Assembly (NCBI GenBank): GCA_029855935.1
Contig: JAGSHN010000012.1
Coordinates: forward strand, 1-64,000
Length of the DNA: 64,000 nt
Direction: 5' to 3'
Source of the DNA: Candidatus Thorarchaeota archaeon
GTDB taxonomy: Archaea; Asgardarchaeota; Thorarchaeia; Thorarchaeales; Thorarchaeaceae
Below, piece by piece: positions 48,171-58,433 of the stretch (its first letter is position 1; every line of letters begins with the position of its first letter). The position numbers and the translations under genes are program-made. The notes beneath the pieces were generated by a model that worked only from the letters and a program-made list of their open reading frames with translations, was not told the origin of the DNA and did no database searches.

Positions 48171-49100
48171 TTACAAGGCAACCTGCTTGTTCTTGGCTGT
48201 GCGGAGATTCATCTCTGCTATCTGGAACTCTGGGTCAAGACGTAGAGCCTCCCTGTAGCACTCCATGGCCCGCTTCACTTCCCCCTTCTCTCGCAGGACG
48301 ACTCCAAGGTTGTTCCAGCCCCGTGGGTCCTCGGGGGCCATCTCCACGTACTGTTCGAAGAGCGGAATGGCCGCCTGCCATCGTCCCACTATCCATAGAC
48401 AGGTCGCAAGTCTGAAGAGGACCCGTGGCTGCTCCCACTCCGCCGCGAGGCTGGACCTGTAGAACTCCAGGGCGCGCTCATAATTCTCCTCCTCATAGCA
48501 CAGATCGCCTACGGTGTTGAATGCGTACACGGAGTCCTTGTTGAGTTCGAGTGCCATGTTCAGGCTCATCACCGCTGCATTGTATCGCTTCAGCCGTGCT
48601 TGGCAGATGCCGCGGAGCTCCCACGCCTCGTACTGGTCCTCATCCACGTCTATGATCTTGCTCGTCACGGACAACACTCTGTCACAGTCGGTGAGTCGGA
48701 ATGCCGCCTTTGCGAATGTAAGGAGCGTGTCTATCTCTGAACCGCCCAGCTTCACATACTCGCTGAACGCACGGACCGCATCACGGTATCTCTCCTCAGA
48801 GAACTCCAGTCTGCCGAGTGTGGACCAGATCTCCGCCCTCCGGGGATTAAGCCTTGCAGCGGTCTCGAGGGAGGATCTTGCCTCCTCTATCTTGCCCGTT
48901 TCATAAAGGAGTGACCCAAGGAGATACCATGCATTGCCTAGCTCGGGGTCAGCCGTGACAGCCTGGCGCAGGGTGTCAATTGCAGCGTGAATCTCTCCGA
49001 AGTCGACCAGACGCTGGGCCCTCTTGAGAAGGGAATATGCCTCACTCTCATTCTCTCGCCTGTCCAATGCAGAAGACCTCTGGGAGTTGTGTCGCGTCAT
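48171..49100 (-). CDS. Tetratricopeptide repeat protein
   Basis: About 8 TPR units (AWYLLG..L...G..EEA, GWNNLGVVLREKG...A...Y..AL.LDP). Confidence 0.92.
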   Translation of the reverse strand: MTRHNSQRSSALDRRENESEAYSLLKRAQRLVDFGEIHAAIDTLRQAVTADPELGNAWYLLGSLLYETGKIEEARSSLETAARLNPRRAEIWSTLGRLEFSEERYRDAVRAFSEYVKLGGSEIDTLLTFAKAAFRLTDCDRVLSVTSKIIDVDEDQYEAWELRGICQARLKRYNAAVMSLNMALELNKDSVYAFNTVGDLCYEEENYERALEFYRSSLAAEWEQPRVLFRLATCLWIVGRWQAAIPLFEQYVEMAPEDPRGWNNLGVVLREKGEVKRAMECYREALRLDPEFQIAEMNLRTAKNKQVAL

Positions 49101-49205
49101 GCAGCCGTCCGCATCCTGCAACCCCTGACCCGCGAGTCGCCTTTTCAACAATTCTAATACGTATCAGCAGATTCAAGGCATGTGGCTGAGTCCCCCTCGT
49201 TCCAC

Positions 49206-49661
49206 TCATAGTTCGAGTCGGATGGTTTCCCACTTGACGCGGCCCTCACGTACCGCATCTCTTATCTGCCTCTCCGTGCGGCTCAGCCGCGCGTTTCCCG
49301 TCTTCACATCGGCAAAGACTATCGTTATGGGCTCCCTGCTGCCACTGTCCTTTGCCCGTGTGTACCCGTCAAAGATTATGTAGTCAATCGGCGCACCAAT
49401 GAATCTCGCATCAGCCGGGTCGTACCTGAACACGCTTCGAAGCAGGGGAACAATCTGCTCCGCTATCTTTCCCTTCAGTACTTGGCGGCTGCGGTCGGCG
49501 GTTTCCTTCCGCAGCTTGTCCTCCTGTTCAGCCCACAGCTGTCTGAACCGTGCCTCCACAACCGCTATCCTGTTCCTCACGTACGCTCTCATCGCCAAGA
49601 AGACGATGGCCGCGATGGTCAGCCCGACTGCCAATCCTATCGCAAGATCGAGTGTTGTCAC
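49206..49661 (-). CDS. Membrane-anchored Holliday-junction-resolvase-like PD-(D/E)xK endonuclease (Endonuc_Holl type)
   Basis: N-terminal TM, SRQVLKGKIAEQ..P, RFIGAPIDYIIFDG, FADVKTG.ARLS..E. Confidence 0.85.
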   Translation of the reverse strand: MTTLDLAIGLAVGLTIAAIVFLAMRAYVRNRIAVVEARFRQLWAEQEDKLRKETADRSRQVLKGKIAEQIVPLLRSVFRYDPADARFIGAPIDYIIFDGYTRAKDSGSREPITIVFADVKTGNARLSRTERQIRDAVREGRVKWETIRLEL

Positions 49662-49879
49662 ATTCCAATATCTTGGCTCCCGCCTTTTATCTTCAAGTAA
49701 TCCGTGGGTCTGATGGCGCACAGCCCTCTGTTGCTGTGTCGAGGGGCGAACCATAGTCTACAGAGGCGGGTGCGAGCTAGTGATTCGGAACACGTTGGCG
49801 TCGGAGTAGATAAAATCAGTTAAATATGGGGGTTTACTCCATCGCATTGGTAGACTTGAACACAAAATGCGAGTTTCGG

Positions 49880-50347
49880 ATGGTGAGCCCATTGAGAGGA
49901 CGGGCACTGCTACTTGCTGTCATCATAGCCCTGTGGTTGGTCCCCACTGTATACGCATCGCCACGAACAACAGATGCAAGACTGGTCTATATCTCCAATG
50001 CATACTACACGGACCTTGACGGAGACTCCTGCCCTGATGACATCAAGATTCTCGTTGAGTTCGCGTTCGGCGAACTCGACCCGTCGAGGGTTGCCATAAA
50101 CCTGTGGATCATTCTGCCGTCTGGCGTGACCTACACGTTCAAGATCACCGTCTATCGTCCGCCTGACTGCTCCACGCTACAGATTGACTGTATGAATATG
50201 GCCTACGAGAGCGGATGGTACACTATCGACATGTCCGCCCGGCTGTCGGGCACCGTAGACGGTAGGTACGTAGTGACCGACACTTTTGCATTTGACCCGC
50301 CCACCGGCGGTGGCCCTGGTCTGCCAACCGTCAATGCGTACTTCTAG
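49880..50347 (+). CDS. Secreted beta-rich hypothetical protein
   Basis: Signal peptide (RGRALLLAVIIALWLVPTVYA), DLDGD loop, C-terminal FDPPTGGGPG. Confidence 0.65.
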   Translation: MVSPLRGRALLLAVIIALWLVPTVYASPRTTDARLVYISNAYYTDLDGDSCPDDIKILVEFAFGELDPSRVAINLWIILPSGVTYTFKITVYRPPDCSTLQIDCMNMAYESGWYTIDMSARLSGTVDGRYVVTDTFAFDPPTGGGPGLPTVNAYF

Positions 50348-50361
50348 AGGGTTGCGTCCCA

Positions 50362-51474
50362 GTGAACCAAGGGATGCTTGAACTGCTGTTCAAGCTGCAG
50401 GAGATGCCTATGGCGCCGGCCAAGCGCCTTGCACAGGAGATTGGCCGTTCCACTCCGACTGTAATCTCTTGGCTGGAGAAGCTTGCTGCAGAGAAGGTGT
50501 TTCTTGGGGTCAAACCGTATCTTCGTGTCCGCAGGCTGGGCTTGGAGATATACGACTATCTGCTGGAGACAACATCGTATGATGCTGTTGTGAAGATCGA
50601 GGGGTTCTGTGAGCGGCATCCCTACACGTTATATCGTGCAAGGGTGTTTGGCGGTCCTCTCCGCGGAATGCTCGTTCAGTTCCGCCAGCCACCTGCTGCC
50701 CTGCCCCATCTCGAAGAGGCCTTTCGAGTCATGACAGATGCTGGCGTCATCAAGTCGATCAGAGAGCTGCCGACTCTTCAGGAGATATATGGTTCGATTC
50801 ACACGCGCCCGCGACTGGATGCGTGGGACTCAGACCGAATGACATGGGTATTTGACTGGGACTCGTGGTGGGCATCGGAACCGGCGACGGATACGCAGGA
50901 TGTGAAGCGGGCCGAAACCGGACCTCCAGAACAAGAGCGGCTGGTGATTGACAAGCTAGATGCGCGACTACTTCAAGAGCTGACAGCGAATGCACGGCAA
51001 AAGAACATCGACATCATTCGTAGGCTGGGGATGAACCCGAGAGAGGGTAGCATTCAACAGAAGGTCTCGAAACGTATCCAGCGACTGAGAGGAGTCATAG
51101 ACTCCTATCGTGTATTCATCAACTGGACCCATTTTGATGTCTACAATACACCAATGCTGATTGTCCAAGCAGACCCGTCGATGACCGAGCGGCTCATAGC
51201 AAAGCTGCGTGAGGGGACATTCCCATTCTCGTCCAGCATCCGGCGAATACCAGGGGGTTTCGTGTGGTACTCGCGTCTTCCCTCTGCTCATCTCTCGGAG
51301 CTTGTTTCATTGATATGGAGAATCTCTCAGAGCTATGAGATCTTTATGATTGACTACAAGTGTTCCCAGACATATGGCCTCTGGGCTGAGACATTTGACG
51401 AGGAGATTGGCGACTGGAGGACCGATAGAGACTTTTGCCTAGACGAACCATTGCGATCCATCGGTCTCGCATAG
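50362..51474 (+). CDS. Tandem-duplicated Lrp/AsnC-like winged-helix regulator
   Basis: HTH 1 (LAQEIGRSTPTVISWLEKL) and HTH 2 (IDKLDARLLQELTANAR...VSKRIQRL), each followed by a RAM-like region. Confidence 0.75.
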   Translation: MNQGMLELLFKLQEMPMAPAKRLAQEIGRSTPTVISWLEKLAAEKVFLGVKPYLRVRRLGLEIYDYLLETTSYDAVVKIEGFCERHPYTLYRARVFGGPLRGMLVQFRQPPAALPHLEEAFRVMTDAGVIKSIRELPTLQEIYGSIHTRPRLDAWDSDRMTWVFDWDSWWASEPATDTQDVKRAETGPPEQERLVIDKLDARLLQELTANARQKNIDIIRRLGMNPREGSIQQKVSKRIQRLRGVIDSYRVFINWTHFDVYNTPMLIVQADPSMTERLIAKLREGTFPFSSSIRRIPGGFVWYSRLPSAHLSELVSLIWRISQSYEIFMIDYKCSQTYGLWAETFDEEIGDWRTDRDFCLDEPLRSIGLA

Positions 51475-51503
51475 GCCGTTGTTCGGCTCAGTGGGTCGAG
51501 GTG

Positions 51504-51911
51504 TCACTCGTCGGTGATCTCATCCTCTAGTGGAGCCACGAGAAGGACAAGTCGATCACGTCCCACCACTCTGACGGGTGAACCGGTCTTGATGACATCA
51601 GTCTCGTCACACCTCGCATGCCAGATCTCCCCACCGATACGTACTCTGCCGTCTGATGTGGTGACATCTCTTATCACGGTGCCTGTCTTGCCAACTACAT
51701 CGTAGACCACTCCAGTAGTGTCACCTATCACGGGGTAGATCAGATAATACTTGGCCGCTATTAGCACGACGAGTCCAATCATCACGAGTACGATGGCAGC
51801 GAGAAGATACCCTGGGAAGAGAAAATAGACTATGACGAGTATCACCGCCGCTACAGCAATGTCATCGAGGTTTATCAGGACAAACTTTGACCGGGCGCTC
51901 ATATCACTCAT
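51504..51911 (-). CDS. NfeD-family small membrane protein
   Basis: Two TMs then VGKTGTV, GRVRIGGEIWHAR, GSPVRVVGRD.LVL.V OB-fold. Confidence 0.88.
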   Translation of the reverse strand: MSDMSARSKFVLINLDDIAVAAVILVIVYFLFPGYLLAAIVLVMIGLVVLIAAKYYLIYPVIGDTTGVVYDVVGKTGTVIRDVTTSDGRVRIGGEIWHARCDETDVIKTGSPVRVVGRDRLVLLVAPLEDEITDE

Positions 51912-52051
51912 CTATGGTATCACCCACGTTACTATCTGCAACGCTTTCCGCGATATTGTATGGCTGGTGTGAAAAAGTCTTCGTCTGGCCGTTGTCGGTA
52001 TCGGTCGGTTAATATTGGTGCCGCCGATTCTCGCATTGTGGGTTCTGGGAC

Positions 52052-53197
52052 TTGAAGACAGAGCTGATTCAATTTATGGCAGGTGCAGCGGTACTCTCGG
52101 CGTTCACCTATGTCCCTATTCTTGCACGCGACTATCTGGGAGCAGACGCGTTCTATGTAACGCTCCTTGTCGAGGGATATGCAGTCATGTCCTTCGTGTC
52201 CAGCTATATCTTTGGACGTGCTGGTGACATTCACGGGCGCCGGATTGTGCTTCGCTTGGGTCTGTTGGTGTCTGCCCTGTCATTCTCTCTTCTTCTCCTT
52301 GCGCAGGACCAGACGTTACTCTTCATTGTCAGGGCTCTCAATGGCTTTGCAGTGGGAATGTATCCCGGTGCGCTTGCAGCCTACGCATATGACTCCCACA
52401 TGCCGATGGGCCGGTTCGCATCGTTCGGGGCGCTGGGATGGGGAGTGGGTACATTTGTCACTGGCATTGCAGCATCAATGAATATCCACTCAGCCTTTGC
52501 ACTGTCGAGCCTGTTCTTTGTCGTCGCCTTTGGTAGTGCCCTGACGCTCCCCAAGGTCGACAGAGTGCGTGTCTACGTCCCGCTGTTTCCCATCGAGACA
52601 CTAAAGCGTAACTTGGCGGTATACATTGCAGTCCTAATTCGTCACAGCAGTGCGTTTGCAATATGGACACTGTGGCCCCTTTTCCTCGCCGACCTGGGCG
52701 CGGACCTGTTCACAATCGGGATCATTCAGGCAGCGAACTCGCTGTCACAGGTCTTCTTCATGGTCTTGCTCACGGACCGTGTTGAGTGCGTTCGCCTGAT
52801 CACGATAGGCCTCTTGGGAAGTGCTATCACGTTTGTCTGGTTCACTCTCGCCACAACCGTGATTGAGATACTTCCGTCTCAGATTCTTCTCGGCTTCTCG
52901 TGGGCGTGTCTCTACGTTGGGGCGTTGAAATACGTCACGGAGAAGAATGTCGAGAGGTCGACAGCGTCAGGCCTACTCTCGTCGATGCTCTCCATATCTG
53001 CAGTGTTCGGGCCGATCTATGCGTCCGTCCTATACTATCTGTGGCCAGGCTACACCGCCATCATGCTGTTTGCAGCCCTGATGTCAACGCTTGCTCTGCT
53101 CCTATTTCTAGGTGCGAGTCGGGGGGCCGAGCTGGTGAAACATGCATCCGCTCCCCTCGTGACGCCGGAGTCTACTGTGCTTCGCACCGCTATGTGA
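52052..53197 (+). CDS. MFS transporter
   Basis: Motif A FGRAGDIHGRR, about 12 TMs. Confidence 0.92.
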   Translation: MKTELIQFMAGAAVLSAFTYVPILARDYLGADAFYVTLLVEGYAVMSFVSSYIFGRAGDIHGRRIVLRLGLLVSALSFSLLLLAQDQTLLFIVRALNGFAVGMYPGALAAYAYDSHMPMGRFASFGALGWGVGTFVTGIAASMNIHSAFALSSLFFVVAFGSALTLPKVDRVRVYVPLFPIETLKRNLAVYIAVLIRHSSAFAIWTLWPLFLADLGADLFTIGIIQAANSLSQVFFMVLLTDRVECVRLITIGLLGSAITFVWFTLATTVIEILPSQILLGFSWACLYVGALKYVTEKNVERSTASGLLSSMLSISAVFGPIYASVLYYLWPGYTAIMLFAALMSTLALLLFLGASRGAELVKHASAPLVTPESTVLRTAM

Positions 53198-53272
53198 TGC
53201 TCTCACCTGTTCTATCTCAGAAGCCTCCGGTCGCAGCACTCTGAGTCATAAGTGCGACACCAGAAATCCCTG

Positions 53273-55117
53273 CTACTCCACCATATCGCCAAGAGCAGAC
53301 AAGTTCTCGGGTGCGGGTGCTCCTAGCTTGAGCATCGCTATTGCCCATTCATAGGCCCTAAAGACATCGGTCTTGGTCAGGAATCCTATCATCTTTGTGC
53401 GGTCGCGAGGATCGAGGACTACCGCATGACCCTCCTTGCGTTCCATCATCCGGTGCAGTACCTCATCCATCGGAGTGTCAAGGTCGACGACAAGAAAGTC
53501 CGTGTCCATCAGGTCCTTGACTCTATATGCACATCCATTTTGGTCGCACCGTTCCTCAAGTGCCTCTGCAATCACGGTCCCGACGATTCTGCCCTCAGAG
53601 TCAACGACTGGGAACTTTGTGTGGTGCGTCAGGGTCAGCATGTGCAGGGCCTCCTCGGCGGTCATGTCTGGGGATAGTGTCGTTGGATTGGTCGTCATGA
53701 CTTGCTTGACCTTGACACTACGTAGGGCATCGATGTAGAGGCCCTTCTTCACATTGATTCCCCTGAGCCGGAGCTTCTCGGTGTATATACTCTCCTCCAT
53801 GACAGCAGAACCGACTATGTATGAACTCGACACGGCAATCATCAGCGGCAGTATGAGTGCGTAGTCTCCAGTCATCTCCATCGTCATGACGATGCATGTC
53901 ACAGGTACGTGCGCAGCTCCTGCAAACATGGCCGCCATTCCCACCAGCGCATAGGCTGTTGGGTGTGGGGCGATCTCGGGCGCCAGTGAGTTCAATACCA
54001 GCCCCAGAGCGCCACCAAGACCTGCACCAACAAAGAGGGTCGGTGCAAAGACTCCCCCCGAGCCCCCGGAGCCAATTGAGAACGCCGTTGCGAACATCTT
54101 CAGCACACCAAATGTCACAAGTGCCAGTATTGGAACTCCTCCGAGCATTGCCGCATTGATGAACCCATATCCGCTGCCCATCACTGCGGGAACGTACGGA
54201 GAGCGTCCGGTGAATACGCCGTGATAGTTGAATATGGACTCGAGGACAACGACCCAAGCAGCCAGCAGACCTAGGAGCGCACCACCAATCACAGGCTTAG
54301 CATATTCTGTTGTCTTCAAGTTCTTGAAAAACGCCTCGGTGGCGTACAGAATCTTTACCCATATCTTGCTCACAACGCCGAGGGCAAGCCCCATCAAGAA
54401 GTAGAACAGTAGCTCGGTGTAGCTGCCAAGTCCCAGTTGCGGGGCCACGAATGATCCCGCCTCCTCACCGAACAGACCATTCGCGACTGCGACACTGATG
54501 ACCGAGGCGAGAATGACGGGAATGACCGAGATGGCGGACAACTCCCCGACGAGAACCTCGATTCCGAACAATGCACCTCCTAGTGGGGCGCTAAAGGTGG
54601 CCGCAATCCCTGATGCGAGCCCACACACGACGAGTGTTCTTGTCTCCAGCTTCCCAAGTCTGAACATCTGTGCCAGTGCCGACCCGGTCCCTGAGCCTAT
54701 CTGTGCAATCGGCCCCTCCCGTCCACAGGAACCGCCTGAACCTATTGTGAATGCTGCTGAGATGGTCTTGACTATTGGGACTCTAGCACGAATATTGCCC
54801 CCCTCAAGCACATAGGCCTCCATTACCTCAGGGACGCCATGACCACTGGCCTCAGGTGCATAGCGCGTTGTGAGGAATGAGCTCACTGCAGAGCCTAGGA
54901 TTGGCACCAATATCCATCCTAGGAAGCCCACCTGCCTAGGGACATTAGAGAATACATTAGTCAATGCGTAGACGGAATACCTGAAGATGACTGCAACGAC
55001 TCCAGAGACCGCGCCCGTGATTGCCGCGAGGACGTACAGCGTCACCTGTTGCCTAATCTCGTATCTCTTCAACCACTGCTCATAGGTCTGTTTCTTCTCC
55101 GGGTTGTCCCCCGTCAA
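53273..55117 (-). CDS. ClC-family chloride channel/antiporter with CBS pair
   Basis: GHGVPE, GREGP, GVFAP, SIYT; two CBS domains. Confidence 0.94.
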   Translation of the reverse strand: MTGDNPEKKQTYEQWLKRYEIRQQVTLYVLAAITGAVSGVVAVIFRYSVYALTNVFSNVPRQVGFLGWILVPILGSAVSSFLTTRYAPEASGHGVPEVMEAYVLEGGNIRARVPIVKTISAAFTIGSGGSCGREGPIAQIGSGTGSALAQMFRLGKLETRTLVVCGLASGIAATFSAPLGGALFGIEVLVGELSAISVIPVILASVISVAVANGLFGEEAGSFVAPQLGLGSYTELLFYFLMGLALGVVSKIWVKILYATEAFFKNLKTTEYAKPVIGGALLGLLAAWVVVLESIFNYHGVFTGRSPYVPAVMGSGYGFINAAMLGGVPILALVTFGVLKMFATAFSIGSGGSGGVFAPTLFVGAGLGGALGLVLNSLAPEIAPHPTAYALVGMAAMFAGAAHVPVTCIVMTMEMTGDYALILPLMIAVSSSYIVGSAVMEESIYTEKLRLRGINVKKGLYIDALRSVKVKQVMTTNPTTLSPDMTAEEALHMLTLTHHTKFPVVDSEGRIVGTVIAEALEERCDQNGCAYRVKDLMDTDFLVVDLDTPMDEVLHRMMERKEGHAVVLDPRDRTKMIGFLTKTDVFRAYEWAIAMLKLGAPAPENLSALGDMVE

Positions 55118-55269
55118 GGTCCTTCGCCTCCCCCCACCGGCCTCGGCTGGTTCTTAAGTCTAGCGGCAAGGGGACCACTCAGTTGGGGCCAGCAACTCTC
55201 CCTCGGCCTCTCGGGGGCCGATCGTGATTGATCGCAGGTAGTGACCTCTGGCCAGAGCCTTGAAACCTA

Positions 55270-55680
55270 CTACTTCAACGGGATGTACTGGGACGACTTA
55301 GTCGCACCGATTCCTGGCGAGCCGTGTCGCACCTCCTTGATTGTAGGCGCGAACTCGCCAAGGACATGGCCGATCATCTGGGGAATTATCCTGAACTTGA
55401 TGAAGTCCTTGCCGTTGTGAACCGCAACAGTGAGGTCGACCATCTCAGGTAGGATCACCATGTCGCGACAATGAGTCTTCACCACTACCTCCTTGCCCTT
55501 TCTCTGGGCCTTTCGTGCGGCTCTCAGTTTCATCAGAAGCTTCTTCTGCCTTGGGGGCAGTCCTCTCTTCAGGGTGCGCCGTCTGTGCGAGGGCAGCAGC
55601 TCTATCAGCTCGTCCATGCTCATCTTCACGAGTTCTTCGAGTTTGTAGCCCCTGTACATCGGCTCGGCCTTGCTCGACAT
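55270..55680 (-). CDS. rps19p: 30S ribosomal protein S19 (uS19)
   Basis: [50 protein letters not shown]. Confidence 0.97.
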   Translation of the reverse strand: MSSKAEPMYRGYKLEELVKMSMDELIELLPSHRRRTLKRGLPPRQKKLLMKLRAARKAQRKGKEVVVKTHCRDMVILPEMVDLTVAVHNGKDFIKFRIIPQMIGHVLGEFAPTIKEVRHGSPGIGATKSSQYIPLK

Positions 55681-55807
55681 GTGATCACCTGAGATATCGT
55701 ACGGAGGGTATAGTCTTAACGACTGGACAGCTCCTTGGACGTTGCAATTTAAGCTTATCTTTTTGGGTCCAGTGTTGGGTCGACCTCTCGACCGCTCACT
55801 TCTCTGT

Positions 55808-56323
55808 TTACTGCCGTGTATCGAGCCGTCCCGCCTTCTGAAGGGCGTCTTTCACCCACGTCAGTGCCTCTGCGAGTCCGGGATCACGGATGAGCGCAAG
55901 ACGGGCGTACTCTATCGCCTCATCCCAGTTCCCGATCTCGTAGTTTATCTCGGCGAGGTGGAGCAGCGCAAGAGGCTGTTTCTTCTCTATCTCCAGTGCA
56001 GCCTTGAAGCTCTCAATGGCCCTGTCTAGTCGCCCCAACTTTCTCTCGATGACGCCCCGGTTGAAGAGTGGAATCGGGTCGCGGGGCGCCATGCTGTGTG
56101 CCTCATCCAACAGTGACAATGCCTCCTTTGTCGCCGGGCTGGAGACATCGGGAGTTTCCTGCTGCTCCATCAGTGCCACTGCGAGCGTGACTTTGGCGTC
56201 GACATGCGATGGGTCCCGCTTGACAATCTCTCTCAGACGTTCTATCGCCTCGCGGACGTGGCCGTCCACAAGGAGTTTTGCAGCGGCCCGATACTCCTTT
56301 TTCCCGCGTCTCAGAATAGGCAT
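55808..56323 (-). CDS. Tetratricopeptide repeat protein
   Basis: 3-4 TPR units (FNRGVI..KLG....AI..F..AL). Confidence 0.88.
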   Translation of the reverse strand: MPILRRGKKEYRAAAKLLVDGHVREAIERLREIVKRDPSHVDAKVTLAVALMEQQETPDVSSPATKEALSLLDEAHSMAPRDPIPLFNRGVIERKLGRLDRAIESFKAALEIEKKQPLALLHLAEINYEIGNWDEAIEYARLALIRDPGLAEALTWVKDALQKAGRLDTRQ

Positions 56324-56403
56324 GGCAAGTCACTCCTCCCCGACTAAACACACTCTTAAGCAGATTGGCTTGTTATCCCGGGCGATGACGGAGGAGTGAT
56401 GAA

Positions 56404-57762
56404 TTGAACCGGCTGTTTGGTACGAACGGTGTCCGTGGGACCATCAATGACTCTCTGACTGTGGAACTTGTCAGTGGACTTGCTCGCGCAACAGGTACAG
56501 TCTTGGGACCGGGGAGAATTGCCGTCGGGCGTGACAGCCGGATGGGTGGCGAGATGTACGTTTCAGCAGTTGTTTCGGGCCTTCTCTCAACTGGATGCGA
56601 TGTCATAGACCTCGGCCTGGTGCCGACACCGTGCCTGCAGTTCATGGTACCGCGGCTTGGATGCAGTGGTGGTGTCATGGTCACGGCCTCACACAATCCT
56701 CCGGAGTTCAATGGTGTCAAGGTGCTTGGCAGCGATGGCATCGAGGTGCCACGTAGTGCGGAGGAGCAAATTGAGAAGGTGTACCGTGAAGGCGGGCACA
56801 GGATAGTCTCGTGGGATCGCATTGGTCGGTACTGGCGTCATCCAACCTCCGTCCGGGAGTACATCGACGTGATAAAGCGCCATGTCGATGTGGAGTCCGT
56901 CGCACGGGCACAGCTGACAGTTGTGGTGGATGGTGCCAACAGTGTAGGCTCGCTGGTCACACCACTGCTTCTCAGGGAGCTTGGATGTAGGGTCATATCG
57001 ATGAACTGTCAGCTGGATGGCAAGTTTCCAGGTCGATTGCCCGAGCCCCTGCCTGAGAACCTTACTGACCTGAGCAGGGCCGTACGTTCTGTTGGCGCCG
57101 ACCTCGGTATCGCACACGATGGCGATGCGGACCGTGCAACCTTTGTAGACTCAAAGGGCAGGGTTCTGTGGGGCGATCAGTCCTTTGCCATAATCGCATC
57201 ACGGGTTCTGCACCGCAGGCCGAAATCAATCTTGGTGACTCCTGTGAGCAGCGGGCGACTGATTGAGGATGTTGCAAGGGCTGCGGGCGCTGTGATTGAG
57301 TGGACCCGTGTGGGGAGTGTTGATGTTTCTCACAGGATTGTGGAGGTCGATGCTACCCTCGGTGGGGAGGAGAACGGTGGTGTCTTCTATCCACCGCATC
57401 AGCCCGTACGCGACGGTGCCATGACGGCCGCTCTGATGCTGGAGATAATGGCCAAGGAGGAGAGACCCCTTGAGAGCCTTGTTTCCGAGCTGCCACAGTA
57501 CTACAGCACGAAGGCCAAGGTCCCTGTCCCTGCCGACAAGAAGACAGCAGTGCTAGAGGTGCTCCTTCAGCTCACAGCAGATGAGGAGAGAGTCACACTG
57601 GACGGTGTGAAGGTATTCTATGACGAGGGCTGGGTCCTGATGCGGCCGTCGGGGACAGAACCACTCTGGCGCTGTTTTGCTGAGGCTCGAACTCAGAACG
57701 AGGCAGACATGCTCTGTCAGCGTGGCATCGATCTTATCAGAAAGGCAGTGGACAGGCTCTGA
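56404..57762 (+). CDS. Phosphohexomutase (phosphoglucosamine mutase/phosphomannomutase family)
   Basis: LFGTNGVRG, TASHNP, DGDADR, GEENGG, RPSGTEP. Confidence 0.95.
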   Translation: MNRLFGTNGVRGTINDSLTVELVSGLARATGTVLGPGRIAVGRDSRMGGEMYVSAVVSGLLSTGCDVIDLGLVPTPCLQFMVPRLGCSGGVMVTASHNPPEFNGVKVLGSDGIEVPRSAEEQIEKVYREGGHRIVSWDRIGRYWRHPTSVREYIDVIKRHVDVESVARAQLTVVVDGANSVGSLVTPLLLRELGCRVISMNCQLDGKFPGRLPEPLPENLTDLSRAVRSVGADLGIAHDGDADRATFVDSKGRVLWGDQSFAIIASRVLHRRPKSILVTPVSSGRLIEDVARAAGAVIEWTRVGSVDVSHRIVEVDATLGGEENGGVFYPPHQPVRDGAMTAALMLEIMAKEERPLESLVSELPQYYSTKAKVPVPADKKTAVLEVLLQLTADEERVTLDGVKVFYDEGWVLMRPSGTEPLWRCFAEARTQNEADMLCQRGIDLIRKAVDRL

Positions 57763-57886
57763 GAGTCACCGACACTGCGGGCAGAAAGAGCAAGTCAGCG
57801 GGACTAGAAGTATATGATGTGAAGGGGCTGTATGCCCCCACATCAATGTCAGGTATCTGTGTATAAGCATCACAGATGAAGAAGGC

Positions 57887-58234
57887 CTACTCCTTCTTCT
57901 CCTCTTCTTCCTTCTTGTCCTCCTCTACTGCCTCTTCGTCAAAGTCGAAGTCCTCGAGAGGCTCAGGAGCGGGCGTTGTGAGCATAGTGTATCCAATCCA
58001 GATACCGATTACGCAGATCAGCAGAACCGCAAGGAGGATTGGCAGGATGATGAGAAACATCGGGTCAGGACCGAGGATTGACCGAAGCAGGGGATCTTGA
58101 ATTCCCTGCACCCACTGCTGGAAGGGTGCATTCCACCACGGACCCTGAAGGAGAACGAGTCCCCATGTGTAATATATCGCCGCGAGTGCCGCGATGATGA
58201 TTAGGAGTGCGCCAATGATCTTCTCTTTGCCCAT
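57887..58234 (-). CDS. Two-TM membrane protein resembling eukaryotic DPM2
   Basis: IIG...YYT...LL first helix and P......P...........G..I.Y.ML second helix; acidic tail. Confidence 0.6.
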   Translation of the reverse strand: MGKEKIIGALLIIIAALAAIYYTWGLVLLQGPWWNAPFQQWVQGIQDPLLRSILGPDPMFLIILPILLAVLLICVIGIWIGYTMLTTPAPEPLEDFDFDEEAVEEDKKEEEEKKE

Positions 58235-58433
58235 GAAAATCCACTACCTTCTGTCTTTTGGATTCTGGATGGATTACCGCTTATGCCCCAATAAAAGGAT
58301 TGTGCAGAGCCCGCAGCCCTACTCCTAGAGACGTGGGTGTCTGGCCTCCTGCCATCCTTGCGCATGGCTTATAATACCGACTTGTCTTCAGCACCTCAAT
58401 GTTCCAAAGCGGCTATCCGAGGAGTGCATCCCA

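Noticed and set aside
51504-51911. NfeD without an adjacent SPFH/stomatin gene
   Set aside because: The partner may be encoded elsewhere; there is no further signal.
53273-55269. ClC GHGVP variant as a fluoride exporter with a riboswitch
   Set aside because: It lacks the CLC-F type motifs, GHGVPE is common in CBS-bearing prokaryotic ClCs, and no crcB-type riboswitch was recognised upstream.
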